A DNA stretch of 64,000 bases from Gammaproteobacteria bacterium (lineage in GTDB: Bacteria > Pseudomonadota > Gammaproteobacteria > Eutrophobiales > Eutrophobiaceae), in NCBI GenBank assembly GCA_965601665.1, contig OZ271833.1, positions 2,724,376-2,788,375 of the forward strand, written 5' to 3'. A program made the translations under genes and the position numbers. Within the stretch, counting starts at the first letter, position 1. Each line of letters starts with the position of its first letter. Below, piece after piece: positions 7,972 to 18,710 of the stretch. The notes under the pieces are model-generated. The model was given only the letters and a program-made list of their open reading frames with translations, was not told where the DNA came from and made no database searches.

Positions 7972-8283
7972 CTATTTGATAAGTCGTTTCAGAAATACCT
8001 TCATTTCCTTAACGGCCTGGATATCGCCATTTTTTTCTGCGACCGTGATGCCTTGTTCATAAGCATTGATGGCCCCTGATACGTCGCCACTATTGTTAAG
8101 CGATTTTGCATATGATTTCCAGGCAGCGGAATAATTCGGGTCCAGTTCCACTGCCTTGCGCAGATGCGTCACGGCAGTCTCCAGCTCGCCAGCCTGTAGA
8201 TACTCATTACCAAGGCTATATCGAAGTAAGGCATTATCATTGCCACTGGCAAGCATTTTTTCGAATGTGTCAATTTTACTCAT
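7972..8283 (-). CDS. Small TPR protein
   Basis: LEKMLA.G.DNALLRYSLG-type start and AVELDPNYSAAWK TPR motif; last gene of the def-trk operon. Confidence 0.85.
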   Translation of the reverse strand: MSKIDTFEKMLASGNDNALLRYSLGNEYLQAGELETAVTHLRKAVELDPNYSAAWKSYAKSLNNSGDVSGAINAYEQGITVAEKNGDIQAVKEMKVFLKRLIK

Positions 8284-8287
8284 AAAT

Positions 8288-8863
8288 TTATGCGGGTTTT
8301 TGCGCAACGATTGCGGCCTGGTTTCTCAACCCTTCATCTAAATTGCCGATGCTGCCTTCTTCATGATAAGCACACACTACCCAGTCTTCGAAAAAAAGTA
8401 ATAGTTCGTTTTGTTCAAGCAGGAAAGCAGGGTTGTCAGGACCAACCGGAGCCACCTTGTCCTTGATGAAAGTCTGGTAAAAGACAAGCCCTTCCGGCCT
8501 GACGGCATCTTTAATCGCGGGCATTATTGTCCTGTCCAAAAAGCGGCTGACAATAATAATATCAAAGCTTTCTCTGGTCGGTGGCGCTACTGTCACGTCT
8601 CGTTGTTCGCTCTTTATCGGCAGGTTTTTCTGTCTTGCGCTTTGCTGCACCTGTTCAATAGCCACGTCCGATATATCCCATGCCGTTGTATCCAGGCCAT
8701 GCGCAGCCAGGAAAAAGGCATTCGCTGCGCGACCACAGGCGAGATCCAGTGCCTGACCGCTTGCTGGTAACAGGTGTTGGTAGTTGACCAGTATTTCTGC
8801 CGCGTCTGCTGTTACTTCGTTACTTGCACGATAACGCGCATTCCACTTGTTTCTACTCGACAT
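8288..8863 (-). CDS. Class I SAM-dependent methyltransferase (TehB-like)
   Basis: KWNARY; ALDLACGRAANA motif I; WDISDVAI; FDIIIVSRFL. Confidence 0.8.
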   Translation of the reverse strand: MSSRNKWNARYRASNEVTADAAEILVNYQHLLPASGQALDLACGRAANAFFLAAHGLDTTAWDISDVAIEQVQQSARQKNLPIKSEQRDVTVAPPTRESFDIIIVSRFLDRTIMPAIKDAVRPEGLVFYQTFIKDKVAPVGPDNPAFLLEQNELLLFFEDWVVCAYHEEGSIGNLDEGLRNQAAIVAQKPA

Positions 8864-8864
8864 A

Positions 8865-10316
8865 CTATTGCCGCCAGAAAGACGGCGTCAGGATAACCAG
8901 TAAGGTAAAGATTTCCAGTCTGCCAAGCAGCATGGCAAAACACAAAATCCATTTTGCCGGGTCGTTGATATTGGCATAGTGCAGACTAACTTCACCCAGG
9001 CCCGGGCCCAGGTTATTCATACAGGCTGCCAGCGCCGAGAATGCGGTCACCTGGTCCAGTTGTGTTGCCATCAGGGCCAGCAGCAGAAAACCAAATACGG
9101 CTATGTAAGTTGCGAAGAAACCCCAAACAGCTTCAATAATTCGCTCCTCAAGCGGCTTGTGCCCTACCTTGATAATAAACAGGGCATTCGGATGGATCAG
9201 CCGTTTTATTTCGCGTATCCCCTGTTTAAATAGTAACAGGATGCGAATGACCTTGATGCCACCGCCGGTGGAGCCAGCACAGGCGCCAATAAAACTTGAA
9301 AACAGCAACAGTAAAGGCATAAAGCCAGGCCAGCTCTGATATTCAGTCGTGGTGAAACCTGTCGTGGTTGCAATAGACACTGTCTGGAAAATTGTATCTT
9401 CAAGTGCCTTCATAAAACTTGGGTAATCCCCAACGATGACATGATAGGAAGCGATGATGAGGCAAATGAAGAAGAGTAAAGTGAAGTAGGCCTTAACTTC
9501 ATCATCCTGGAAGTAATGTCCAAAAGACAGGTTTTTCCAGGCGATAAAATGCAGGCTGAAGTTAATCCCGGCAATCAGCATAAAAAGTACCGCAATGGCC
9601 TCGATAACCGGGCTTTGGAAATAACCCATACTGGCATCGTGCGTTGAAAAGCCGCCAATAGAAACAGTGGAAAAACTATGACAGATCGCATCAAATACAG
9701 ACATACCCGCCATCCAGTACGCAACGGCACAGCCAATGGTCAATGTCAGGTAAATATACCAGAGCGCCTTTGCGGTTTCTGTAATGCGAGGTGTCAGCTT
9801 GGTGTCCTTGACTGGTCCGGGTGTTTCTGCACGGTATAATTGCATGCCGCCAATTCCCAGCATGGGCAGGATTGCAACAGCCAGGACGATGATACCCATG
9901 CCGCCAAGCCATTGTAGTTCCTGTCTGTAAAACTGTATTGACTCGGGGAGAAAATCGATACCAACTATAATTGTTGCCCCGGTAGTTGTCAGCGCAGAGA
10001 TGGATTCAAAAATCGCATTGGTAATCGACAGATCAGGCGTGTCTGCTAACAGTAAGGGGACGCTGCCAGTCAGCCCCAGCCCGGCCCAAAACAGCACGAC
10101 AACGATAAAGCCATCCCTGAGACGTAACTCCTTTCTAATGTTCCGGACTGGAAACCATAGTATTAGACCGATACTAAGAATGAGTGCGAAAGCAGAAAGG
10201 AAAGGGAGCAGCGTGTTGTCGGAATATATAACAGAAACAATCGCCGGCGGCAGCATAGTTATGCTGAACAAGGAAAGCAGTAAACCAAGAATTCTCTGAA
10301 TGACAGCCAGCTGCAT
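8865..10316 (-). CDS. trkH: Trk potassium uptake membrane protein
   Basis: Four pore loops (LTTTGAT, VSIGGFS, ATTTGF, MNNLGPG); GSTGGGIKV; MLLGRLEIF. Confidence 0.95.
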   Translation of the reverse strand: MQLAVIQRILGLLLSLFSITMLPPAIVSVIYSDNTLLPFLSAFALILSIGLILWFPVRNIRKELRLRDGFIVVVLFWAGLGLTGSVPLLLADTPDLSITNAIFESISALTTTGATIIVGIDFLPESIQFYRQELQWLGGMGIIVLAVAILPMLGIGGMQLYRAETPGPVKDTKLTPRITETAKALWYIYLTLTIGCAVAYWMAGMSVFDAICHSFSTVSIGGFSTHDASMGYFQSPVIEAIAVLFMLIAGINFSLHFIAWKNLSFGHYFQDDEVKAYFTLLFFICLIIASYHVIVGDYPSFMKALEDTIFQTVSIATTTGFTTTEYQSWPGFMPLLLLFSSFIGACAGSTGGGIKVIRILLLFKQGIREIKRLIHPNALFIIKVGHKPLEERIIEAVWGFFATYIAVFGFLLLALMATQLDQVTAFSALAACMNNLGPGLGEVSLHYANINDPAKWILCFAMLLGRLEIFTLLVILTPSFWRQ

Positions 10317-10334
10317 AATGCGTTCTTATCCTGT

Positions 10335-11708
10335 CTAGAGAAAAGTGATGCCAACCTGGAATAGTGATTCCACATTTGCTACGTGCTTCTTGTTGGCAAC
10401 GACAAGGATGACATGGTCCTCGGCCTCAATCACGGTTTGACTGCTGGCGATAATGACATCGTCGCCCCTGACGATTGCGCCAATCGTTGTGCCCTCTGGT
10501 AAATCGAGTTCTGAGATCTTCTTGCCAACCACCTTGGATGATGTCTTGTCACCATGTGCAATGGCCTCGATTGATTCTGCAGCTCCTCGTCTTAATGAAT
10601 GCACTACGACCACGTCACCTTTTCTAACGTGGGTAAGCAAACTACCAATTGTTGCCTGTTGCGGTGAAATAGCTACGTCAATTGCATTGCTTTGTACCAG
10701 GTCAACATAAGCAGCACGATTGATTAACGCCATTACCTTCCTTGCTCCCAGACGCTTGGCAAGCATCGATGAAATGATGTTGGCTTCGTCTGCATTTGTT
10801 AACGCACAGAATACATCCGTGTGTTCAATATTTTCTTCCAGCAACATTTCCTCGTCGGCGGCATCACCGTTAAGTACAATTGTATTCTCCAGTTCTTCCG
10901 ATGCGTACTTCGCCTTGTGCGAGTCAAGTTCGATCAGTTTTACCTTGTAAGCCGTTTCCAGTGATTTGGACAGTCTGAGTCCGATATTACCTCCACCTGC
11001 AATAATGATACTTTTATAAGGTTTTTCCTGTTGGCGTATATTGTGCAGCAATCGCTTTATAGATTGACTTGAACTAATGAAGAACACTTCGTCTTCTGCC
11101 TTTATTACAGTGTTTGCATCGGGGATGATTGGCTCGCCACTCCTGAAAATGAGTACTATTCGATAATCGATGTTATCAAGCTCATTTTTCAGGTTGGCTA
11201 CCGAATGATTGACAAGCATGCCGTCATAAGAAGCCCTGACAGCAACAATTTGTGCCTTGCCATCGGCAAAATCTACCACTTGCAGGGACCCTGGATGTGC
11301 GATGAGTCGATCGATATATTCAGTGACCAGTTTTTCCGGACTGATAAGTACATCCACTGGTAATGCTTCCTGCGCAAAAAGTGGTGCATTCATCAGGTAT
11401 TCGTTTTCACGTATTCGAGCAATCTTGGTTGGTGTGTGATAGAGCGTATAGGCGACCTGGCATGCAATCATGTTAACTTCATCACTGTTTGTAACTGCCA
11501 GTATCATGTCTGCATCCTGTGCACCAGCTTTTTCCAGCACAGATGGATGGCAAGCTACGCCGGTAACAGTGCGCAGATCAAAACGTTCACTGACAAGCTG
11601 AAGCGCAGCAGGGTTACTATCTACCAGGGTGATATCATTATCTTCGTTGACCAGGTTCGCTGCGACTGAAATACCGACCTGTCCAGCACCGAGGATAATT
11701 ATCTTCAT
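10335..11708 (-). CDS. trkA: Trk potassium uptake NAD-binding subunit
   Basis: Two RCK domains (ILGAGQVG; IAGGGNIG); VHSLRRGAAE.IEAIAHGD. Confidence 0.95.
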   Translation of the reverse strand: MKIIILGAGQVGISVAANLVNEDNDITLVDSNPAALQLVSERFDLRTVTGVACHPSVLEKAGAQDADMILAVTNSDEVNMIACQVAYTLYHTPTKIARIRENEYLMNAPLFAQEALPVDVLISPEKLVTEYIDRLIAHPGSLQVVDFADGKAQIVAVRASYDGMLVNHSVANLKNELDNIDYRIVLIFRSGEPIIPDANTVIKAEDEVFFISSSQSIKRLLHNIRQQEKPYKSIIIAGGGNIGLRLSKSLETAYKVKLIELDSHKAKYASEELENTIVLNGDAADEEMLLEENIEHTDVFCALTNADEANIISSMLAKRLGARKVMALINRAAYVDLVQSNAIDVAISPQQATIGSLLTHVRKGDVVVVHSLRRGAAESIEAIAHGDKTSSKVVGKKISELDLPEGTTIGAIVRGDDVIIASSQTVIEAEDHVILVVANKKHVANVESLFQVGITFL

Positions 11709-13063
11709 TTTAGTTCTATCCCCAGCATTTTCAGTTTCCTGTAAAGGTGTGTTCTTTCAACGCCAACTGCAGTGGCAACCTTACTGACACTGCCACCCGC
11801 TTTTTCCAACTGGTATTCAAGATAGGCCTTTTCAAAACTTTCTCTTGCTTCGCGTAAGGGAAGATCAAAGTTAAAATGGTCATTTGGAAAAGCATTCTTA
11901 CTGGTGTCTATGACTCCAAGGCTCGACTCAACCTCATCTACTTCGATTATTTCATCTGTTCCCATGATTAATAGTCGCTGCACCAGGTTCTTTAGTTCTC
12001 TGACATTCCCGGGCCAGGCATAGCTACGTAAACGATTTTGTGCAGCAACGCTGAAATGGCGATACGGCAAACCCTCTGTTTCTATAAAGAAGTTTACATA
12101 AAACTCAAGTATGGCAGGTATATCTTCATAATGCTCGCGTAATGGCGGGATAGTAAGTGGTAATACGTTAAGCAGGTAGTACAGATCATCACGAAACACA
12201 CCGTTGGTAACCTGGGTCTCCAGGTTGTAACGTGTTGCTGCAATTATGCGAATGTCCAGTTCGATCGGTGTCGAGTCACCACTATGGTTATAACGTTTGT
12301 TTTCAAGGACGTTATAAAGCTGGGATTGAAGGTTGGTTTCCAGTTCTGCAATATCTTTAAGAAATAATGTGCCGCCGAGGGCCTTGTCAAAATAACCTTC
12401 TTGCAACTGATTGTTGGTTTGCATACCGAACAATTCGATTTCTGCATGTTCCTTGCTGAGAGAGGTCGCACTCACCGTGACAAATGGACCATTGGCGCGA
12501 TGGCTGATTGAATGCAGGAATCGAGCGTAGAGTTCCTTGTCAGTGCCCGACTCACCGATCACAAGTACCGGGGTATCATGATTGGCTACTCTTTCTATCT
12601 GGCTGCGTATCGCCTTGATGCGGGCACTGTCGCCAATCGGTTCCAGCTTGCTAAAGGTTGCGTGCTGTAGTTGCAGATTTTCCTGCTGCAGACTGGTTGT
12701 TTCAAGCGCGTGTTTAATAGTAAGGAGTAACTTGGCTATCGACAGTGGCTTCTCAATGAAGTCGTAGGCACCACAGCGCGTTGCTTCAACGGCTGTTTCT
12801 ACGTTGCCATGGCCAGACATCATGATGATGGCAGAGTCAATATGGTCCTTTTCTTTCCATTCCTTTAGCAGGCTGATTCCGTCTATATCCGGCATCCATA
12901 TATCAAGTAATATAAGGTCCGGCGTGCTTTCCTTACAAAAAGTCCTTGCCTCGTTGGCATTTTCTGCAGTCGCAACGGTAAAACCCTCATCTTCCAGGAT
13001 CTCCTGGACAAGATTACGAATGTCCGGTTCGTCATCGACGACGAGTATGTTGCGTTTGATCAT
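11705..13063 (-). CDS. ntrX: NtrX-like response regulator (REC, degenerate AAA+, Fis-type HTH)
   Basis: ILVVDDE, LLDIWMPDIDG, MMSGHGNVETAVEA receiver; LPLREARE.FEK.YL and ERTHLYRKLK HTH; synteny rsmB-DUF4390-ntrY-ntrX-trkA. Confidence 0.8.
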   Translation of the reverse strand: MIKRNILVVDDEPDIRNLVQEILEDEGFTVATAENANEARTFCKESTPDLILLDIWMPDIDGISLLKEWKEKDHIDSAIIMMSGHGNVETAVEATRCGAYDFIEKPLSIAKLLLTIKHALETTSLQQENLQLQHATFSKLEPIGDSARIKAIRSQIERVANHDTPVLVIGESGTDKELYARFLHSISHRANGPFVTVSATSLSKEHAEIELFGMQTNNQLQEGYFDKALGGTLFLKDIAELETNLQSQLYNVLENKRYNHSGDSTPIELDIRIIAATRYNLETQVTNGVFRDDLYYLLNVLPLTIPPLREHYEDIPAILEFYVNFFIETEGLPYRHFSVAAQNRLRSYAWPGNVRELKNLVQRLLIMGTDEIIEVDEVESSLGVIDTSKNAFPNDHFNFDLPLREARESFEKAYLEYQLEKAGGSVSKVATAVGVERTHLYRKLKMLGIELK

Positions 13064-15258
13064 GAAATTTTTCTATATGGTTTCAGGCCAGTTTGTTGTT
13101 CACTTACTGGCAGTCTGACAACTGCGGAGGCGCCAGCTTCATCGGTATTGTTTTCCAGCCAGACCTGTCCATGATGTTCATCAATGATTTTCTTCACGAT
13201 AGATAAACCTAGACCCGTACCTTTCTGTTTGGAAGTGATATACGGATCAAAGAGGTTATTAGCAACAGAGGGCTCTATGCCAGGACCATTGTCCTTGATC
13301 CGAATTTCAACAACTTCATCATTGTTCACCGTGATGGGGTCAACGCTTATTGTCAGTTCATTATTATTACCTGCCATATTCGCATCAACGGCATTCCGAA
13401 TCAGGTTATTGAACACCTGACGTAGTTTTTTTTCGTCGCCGTGGATCAACGGCAGCCCGGATGCAAAATTTGTTTCAATATGATTATTGACATAGAGGTT
13501 GCTGTAAAGATCGACGACTTCTCCAATCAGTGTCGTAATATCCAGGTTATCAGGAGTGTATTCGGGTGCCCTGGCATAATCGGAAAAGTTGTTGACCATT
13601 TCTTTCATGGTTTCAACCTGCTGGATAATTGTGTTTGTCATTCTGTCAATGGTGTCAGCCTCGGCGACACCCATGGCGGGCATATATTTATGTCTTAGCC
13701 TTTCAGCGGCAAGTTGTATGGGCGTTAAAGGATTTTTGATTTCATGTGTTAATCGCCTTGCCATTTCACTGTAGGCGGCATCCCTTTGCCCTTTCACTAA
13801 TGCTGTGATCTCGTCGAATACAATTACGTGTCCTGCAATTACAGCGTCACGCCCGGTTAGTGTTGCACCACTAATAATTATAATCTGATCTCCGGTTTTA
13901 TCGTGAACTGTAATCTGTTCGCGCCAGTCGTCTATATGTTCTTCTATATTGGTTGAAATACATTCCAGGAATGGCTTCAGCTTTGGATAAGTCTCAATCA
14001 ATGTGTCAATACTGGCATTAAGCAGGTCGCTGTCATCCAGCTGCAAGATCAATGCAGCACTGTCGTTAATCTTTTCAACCTGGCGCGACTCGTTGATCAC
14101 GAGCACGCCTGAAGATAGCCGAGACAGAACTTTTTCCAGATAGCTACGCTGCGCTTCGGCCTCCAATTGACTCTGTTTGGCATTATTTCTGGCTTGTTCA
14201 ATCTTGTCAGTCATGTCATTAAATGAAGAAACAAGATAACCCAGTTCATCATTGCCAGGCACTGGTAATCGAGTGCTGAAATTACCATCAGCAACAGCCC
14301 GCGTGCCTTCCGCCAGGTTTTTAATGGGAGCGGACAAGTGGCTGGCGTAATAAAATGCTGCCCAGACTGCGCTGAATATGCTGAATAACAGCACCAGGGT
14401 CAGAACGATAATAAAACTGATCTTAAGCTGTTCCCTCAGATAGGAGAGTTCCTTATATTTGATGTAGGAGGCCTGCACACTTTCAGTCAACTGGTTAACA
14501 CGTTCTGATATCGGAAACAGTGCCTGCAGAAGTCGGGGCTGATTTTCGATACCGGAAGAGGGCACAGTGGTGACAATTCTGATTAGCAAATCGGAGTCCT
14601 TGATTACATCCAGGCCAATATAGTTGTTGCCCTGTTGTAATTGCAGGATGATGTTATCACCCGGTAAATCAGGCACCAGATCACTGGTACTGCTGGAACT
14701 AGAGGCAATAATCGCACCGCGTGTATCAAGCAATGTTAGCTCATTGGCACCCATCTCTTCGCGATAACGGTCAATCTCAAACGGCAACACAGCATCAGTA
14801 AAAGTGCTTATATCCAATGACGTTTGCTCAGTGGTCTTCAGTAAATCACGCATGCGTATATCCAGTGCCAGCCGACTGAGTTGCAGCGAATCATCGAGTG
14901 CCTGCTCTACGCGCAGGTCAAACCAGCTGTCTACACCACGATGCAGGAAATCCAGTGAGAAGTAATAAACGACAAGAACCGGCGTAACCGAAAGAAAGGC
15001 AAAGAACACGACCATGCGGGTGGTCATTCTGGAACCAATAACCTTATTCCTTTTCTGTCGTAACAGACGACGAAAATTGATTGCGATCAGAACAATCAGC
15101 AATAACAAGCCGGTAGCATTAAACCCGAATAGCAGGGAATAATACTTATCGAACAGTTCCGAGTTTTGCAGGGACTGGCTTAGTAGAACAAGTGCAACAA
15201 GCATAAAGATAAACAGGCCGCTGCCAACCACGGTAATAATTTTTACACCGCGTTTCAT
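13060..15258 (-). CDS. ntrY: NtrY-like sensor histidine kinase (TM, HAMP, PAS, HisKA, HATPase)
   Basis: MARRLTHEIKNPLTPIQLAAERL H-box; N, G1, F and G2 boxes; ATG 15258 overlaps DUF4390 stop. Confidence 0.85.
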   Translation of the reverse strand: MKRGVKIITVVGSGLFIFMLVALVLLSQSLQNSELFDKYYSLLFGFNATGLLLLIVLIAINFRRLLRQKRNKVIGSRMTTRMVVFFAFLSVTPVLVVYYFSLDFLHRGVDSWFDLRVEQALDDSLQLSRLALDIRMRDLLKTTEQTSLDISTFTDAVLPFEIDRYREEMGANELTLLDTRGAIIASSSSSTSDLVPDLPGDNIILQLQQGNNYIGLDVIKDSDLLIRIVTTVPSSGIENQPRLLQALFPISERVNQLTESVQASYIKYKELSYLREQLKISFIIVLTLVLLFSIFSAVWAAFYYASHLSAPIKNLAEGTRAVADGNFSTRLPVPGNDELGYLVSSFNDMTDKIEQARNNAKQSQLEAEAQRSYLEKVLSRLSSGVLVINESRQVEKINDSAALILQLDDSDLLNASIDTLIETYPKLKPFLECISTNIEEHIDDWREQITVHDKTGDQIIIISGATLTGRDAVIAGHVIVFDEITALVKGQRDAAYSEMARRLTHEIKNPLTPIQLAAERLRHKYMPAMGVAEADTIDRMTNTIIQQVETMKEMVNNFSDYARAPEYTPDNLDITTLIGEVVDLYSNLYVNNHIETNFASGLPLIHGDEKKLRQVFNNLIRNAVDANMAGNNNELTISVDPITVNNDEVVEIRIKDNGPGIEPSVANNLFDPYITSKQKGTGLGLSIVKKIIDEHHGQVWLENNTDEAGASAVVRLPVSEQQTGLKPYRKIS

Positions 15259-15806
15259 TCCTGTATCACCCATTCATGCCATTCGCTACCAATGTTCCAG
15301 CTGTCAGAAAAATACACCTGTGGTCGCATCGGAGTTGGCAGGCTATCCAGGTCCAGATACATTCTTGTTCGTCCCTTGTAGCGATGTTTGTCGGAAAGCA
15401 TTTGCTTTTGCACAAGTTTAACGCCTGAGAACTCGCCAATCTGCGTTAGCGCTGCAGTTAAACTGTCAAAAGATGCTCGTAGTCCTGTTTTCAAATTTAC
15501 AGTCAGGTAGTCTTCTGTCAGAGGTTGGTGTGAAAGTTGGTACATGTAATGCACCGACTGCACAGTTTTATCCGGATACCAGTCCCTCGTCATCCTCACT
15601 TCAAAATCAGCGTTAATTTGCAGCGGAATGCCGTGCTTCAATGCATCCAGTATTTCTTCGTTTAATTCCACTGAAAAACTGGCATCAAGAAAATGCTGGT
15701 CCAGCTGCTCATAACTTTCAAAAGAACTGAGTTTGATCGCAGCGGCAAGGCATTCTGCTGAAACAAACAACATACATAACAGGTATATGATCGAAAATTG
15801 CTTCAT
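15255..15806 (-). CDS. DUF4390 family exported protein
   Basis: Signal peptide; DAL..GIPL; L.HQPLT..Y; LD..SLP.PMRP; position between rsmB and ntrY. Confidence 0.8.
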   Translation of the reverse strand: MKQFSIIYLLCMLFVSAECLAAAIKLSSFESYEQLDQHFLDASFSVELNEEILDALKHGIPLQINADFEVRMTRDWYPDKTVQSVHYMYQLSHQPLTEDYLTVNLKTGLRASFDSLTAALTQIGEFSGVKLVQKQMLSDKHRYKGRTRMYLDLDSLPTPMRPQVYFSDSWNIGSEWHEWVIQE

Positions 15807-15809
15807 ATT

Positions 15810-17114
15810 CTAGCTGGGCTTTTTCATTATGGCCGCATAAAAGAAACCATCCATATCGTCAGCGCCTGTTAAAATCTGGGCGCCATACCCGGTATCAATG
15901 CTGCATGGTACCGCAATCGGCGCCTGCTGGCTGGACGACCGCCTGTCAATAAACTCCCGTATTGTATCGCTATTTTCCTGCTTCAACACTGAGCAAGTTG
16001 CATAAAGCAATAACCCGCCTGGTTTAAGAACTGTCCATGCGCACTCAAGCAGTTGTTTTTGAATTTTATTGATTTCATTAACCTGCTGTTCGGTTCTTAG
16101 CAGTTTGATGTCGCTAAGCCGGCGGATCACGCCGGTTGCTGAGCAGGGCGCATCGAGTAGGATACGGTCGAAGGCCTCTCCGTTCCACCAATTATCTATT
16201 TCAAGCAGATCCGATACTTCGATAGTAGCTGATAGTTTTAAACGTTCGAGGTTTTCACGGATTTGCCTCGTACGGACGGGGTCCTTTTCAACGAGGGTGA
16301 CTGCATCCAGTCCTGCTTCCCGTTCCAGCAAGGCTGCGCTTTTGCCGCCGGGTGCAGCACAGGCGTCCAGTACTTTTTGTCCGGGATGGAGCTGTAACAG
16401 CTCGCTGGCAAGCTGCGCCGCCATGTCCTGCACTGATACAAGGCCATCATAAAAGCCGGGTAACTCTTCAACCGGACAGGGGGTCGCAAGCCGAATGCCG
16501 AATTCAGTATGCTTGCATGTTTCTGCTTCAATGCCCGCCTGTTTAAGTCGTTGTATATAGTCAGTCCGTTTAACAATGCGGCTATTGCAACGCAGGTACA
16601 TTGGCGGTCTTTGATTATTGGCATCAAGAATAGCAGGATAGTGTTGTGGCCAGTCTTTTCGTAATCGATTAAACAGCCATTCAGGGTGTGACGAAGCAAG
16701 ATGGCTTGTCTGCGCCAGTTTTGCCAGTAACGACTCTGATTCGCGCTGGTAACGTCTCAACACCGCATTAACCATACCCTTGGCAGATTCTTTTTTAAGT
16801 GCCTTGCATGCAGCCACTGTTTCAGATACCACGGCATAATCTGGCGTTTGCATAAACCTTAACTGGTAGATAGCAGTGATTAACAGGTATTTAAGTATGC
16901 TGTCTTTCTTTTTAACCGGCCGGGCAAGCAACTGATCCAGCAGGTATTCCATTTGCAAGTACCATCTCAGCGTGCCGTAACATACTTCCTGTATCCAGGC
17001 CTTGTCCTTCCCGGCGCTGATAAAACCACTGTCTTCGCTTAATGCAAGTTTGAGCTGTTGCTTATCTTCTACAACTTTTTTGACGATACGACTGGCGGCT
17101 ACTCTTGCTGACAC
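15810..17114 (-). CDS. rsmB: 16S rRNA m5C967 methyltransferase
   Basis: NusB-like N-terminus; VLDACAAPGGKS; ILLDAPCSATGVIRR; YATCSV; DGFFYA. Confidence 0.95.
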   Translation of the reverse strand: MSARVAASRIVKKVVEDKQQLKLALSEDSGFISAGKDKAWIQEVCYGTLRWYLQMEYLLDQLLARPVKKKDSILKYLLITAIYQLRFMQTPDYAVVSETVAACKALKKESAKGMVNAVLRRYQRESESLLAKLAQTSHLASSHPEWLFNRLRKDWPQHYPAILDANNQRPPMYLRCNSRIVKRTDYIQRLKQAGIEAETCKHTEFGIRLATPCPVEELPGFYDGLVSVQDMAAQLASELLQLHPGQKVLDACAAPGGKSAALLEREAGLDAVTLVEKDPVRTRQIRENLERLKLSATIEVSDLLEIDNWWNGEAFDRILLDAPCSATGVIRRLSDIKLLRTEQQVNEINKIQKQLLECAWTVLKPGGLLLYATCSVLKQENSDTIREFIDRRSSSQQAPIAVPCSIDTGYGAQILTGADDMDGFFYAAIMKKPS

Positions 17115-17123
17115 GGTGCCTTG

Positions 17124-18053
17124 TTACCGGCCGCTATTAAATGCTGGATGTCCGTTGAGAAAATCACGGGCAGACATCTTTTTCCTGCCGGGCAATTGCA
17201 ACTGCTCGATGGCAATAACCCCATCCCCGGTTACGACATCAATAGTGTCTTCTGTATCTGTCAATACGCTGCCAGGTTCACCGGGTAAGTGTGGTTCTAC
17301 CGTTGCTCGCCAGATTCGCATCGGGATGCCTCGCAATTCGGTATGGGCGATGGGAAAAGGGTTAAAGGCGCGTATTTTTCGATCAATCACGACAGCAGAC
17401 TGATGCCAGTTTATGGCGGCTTCAGCCTTGCTGATTTTTTTCGCATATGTGGCATACGTATCATCCTGTTTGACAGGCGCAACGTTGTTTAATGCCAGCT
17501 GCTGCAGGAGTAGATGAATTTTATCGATGCTGATCTCAACGAGACGGTCATGCAAGGTCTCAGCCGTATCATCTGCATGGATGACACAGCTTTGCTGAAG
17601 TAACATTGGCCCGGTATCAAGACCTTCTTCCATTTGCATGATTGTTATTCCGCTTTCTTTATCTCCTGCCTCGATTGCTCTCTGAATCGGTGCTGCGCCA
17701 CGCCAGCGCGGAAGTAATGACGTATGTATATTTATACAGCCGAGTCTTGGTGCCGACAGGACATCAGCTCTTAACAGCAAGCCATAGGCAACAACCAGCA
17801 TCAGGTCTATATCGTCAAATAGTGCGGGTGAAATTTCCTGTGCGTTGGCAGGTTGTTGGATCTTGAGGTTATGCTCAAGTGCGCATATCTTTACTTCGCT
17901 GGGTTTCAGCTGTCGGCCACGGCCTGCAGGTCTGTCAGGCTGAGTCAGAACAAGCACAACCTGGTGCTCGTTTTTTTTCAGTATCGATTCCAGTACCCGG
18001 CGCGAAATTTCCGGTGTGCCGGCGAAAGCCAGGCGTAATCCTGTGTTTGTCAC
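17124..18053 (-). CDS. fmt: Methionyl-tRNA formyltransferase
   Basis: [40 protein letters not shown]. Confidence 0.95.
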   Translation of the reverse strand: MTNTGLRLAFAGTPEISRRVLESILKKNEHQVVLVLTQPDRPAGRGRQLKPSEVKICALEHNLKIQQPANAQEISPALFDDIDLMLVVAYGLLLRADVLSAPRLGCINIHTSLLPRWRGAAPIQRAIEAGDKESGITIMQMEEGLDTGPMLLQQSCVIHADDTAETLHDRLVEISIDKIHLLLQQLALNNVAPVKQDDTYATYAKKISKAEAAINWHQSAVVIDRKIRAFNPFPIAHTELRGIPMRIWRATVEPHLPGEPGSVLTDTEDTIDVVTGDGVIAIEQLQLPGRKKMSARDFLNGHPAFNSGR

Positions 18054-18559
18054 AGGACGTTTTGCAGTTTTTCCTGCTTGGCCAGCTTTTTCTTCAGTCG
18101 CTGTCGTTTCAGCGGCGACAGGTAATCAATGAATAATTTGCCATCGAGATGGTCAATTTCATGCTGTACGCAAACGGCGAGTAAGCCACCGGTTTCACAT
18201 TCTATCGTTTCGCCTCCAAGCGTCTGGTAGCGGTATTTAATATGCTCGGCTCGCTCGACGATTTCAAAATAGTCAGGCACGGACAGGCATCCCTCGCGCA
18301 TGCTTTCCACGCCGTCTTTTTCCAGCACTTCCGGGTTGATCAGGAACAAGGGTTCGTCCCTGGATTCAGACAAATCAATCACGACGATCCTTTTCTGGAT
18401 ATTTACCTGGGTTGCGGCCAGACCTATGCCGCCTTCGGCGTACATCGTTTCCAGCATATTGTGAGCGATTTCCTTGATTTCCCCGTTGATGTCTGAGACT
18501 GGTAAAGCCTTGTTTCTCAGACGTTCGTCAGGAAAATGAAGTACCTCGAGTTTGGCCAT
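18050..18559 (-). CDS. def: Peptide deformylase
   Basis: [22 protein letters not shown] motifs. Confidence 0.97.
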   Translation of the reverse strand: MAKLEVLHFPDERLRNKALPVSDINGEIKEIAHNMLETMYAEGGIGLAATQVNIQKRIVVIDLSESRDEPLFLINPEVLEKDGVESMREGCLSVPDYFEIVERAEHIKYRYQTLGGETIECETGGLLAVCVQHEIDHLDGKLFIDYLSPLKRQRLKKKLAKQEKLQNVL

Positions 18560-18607
18560 GCGAACAGCTCTCCGAAAACAGTATTAATACTAATTAGTAT
18601 ATATAAA

Positions 18608-18620
18608 AATCAATAAGTTG
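18608..18620 (+). promoter_or_regulatory. Candidate IHF binding site in the def/tsaP divergent region
   Basis: AATCAATAAGTTG matches WATCAANNNNTTR exactly, preceded by an AT-only tract. Confidence 0.45.
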
Positions 18621-18710
18621 CAGCAATACAACAAGAAGATGGTTTACTTGCTAACATTTTGCTAGACTTTTTGCTAATCTACATTAAGGAAATCATGTAA
18701 GGTAGCAGGC

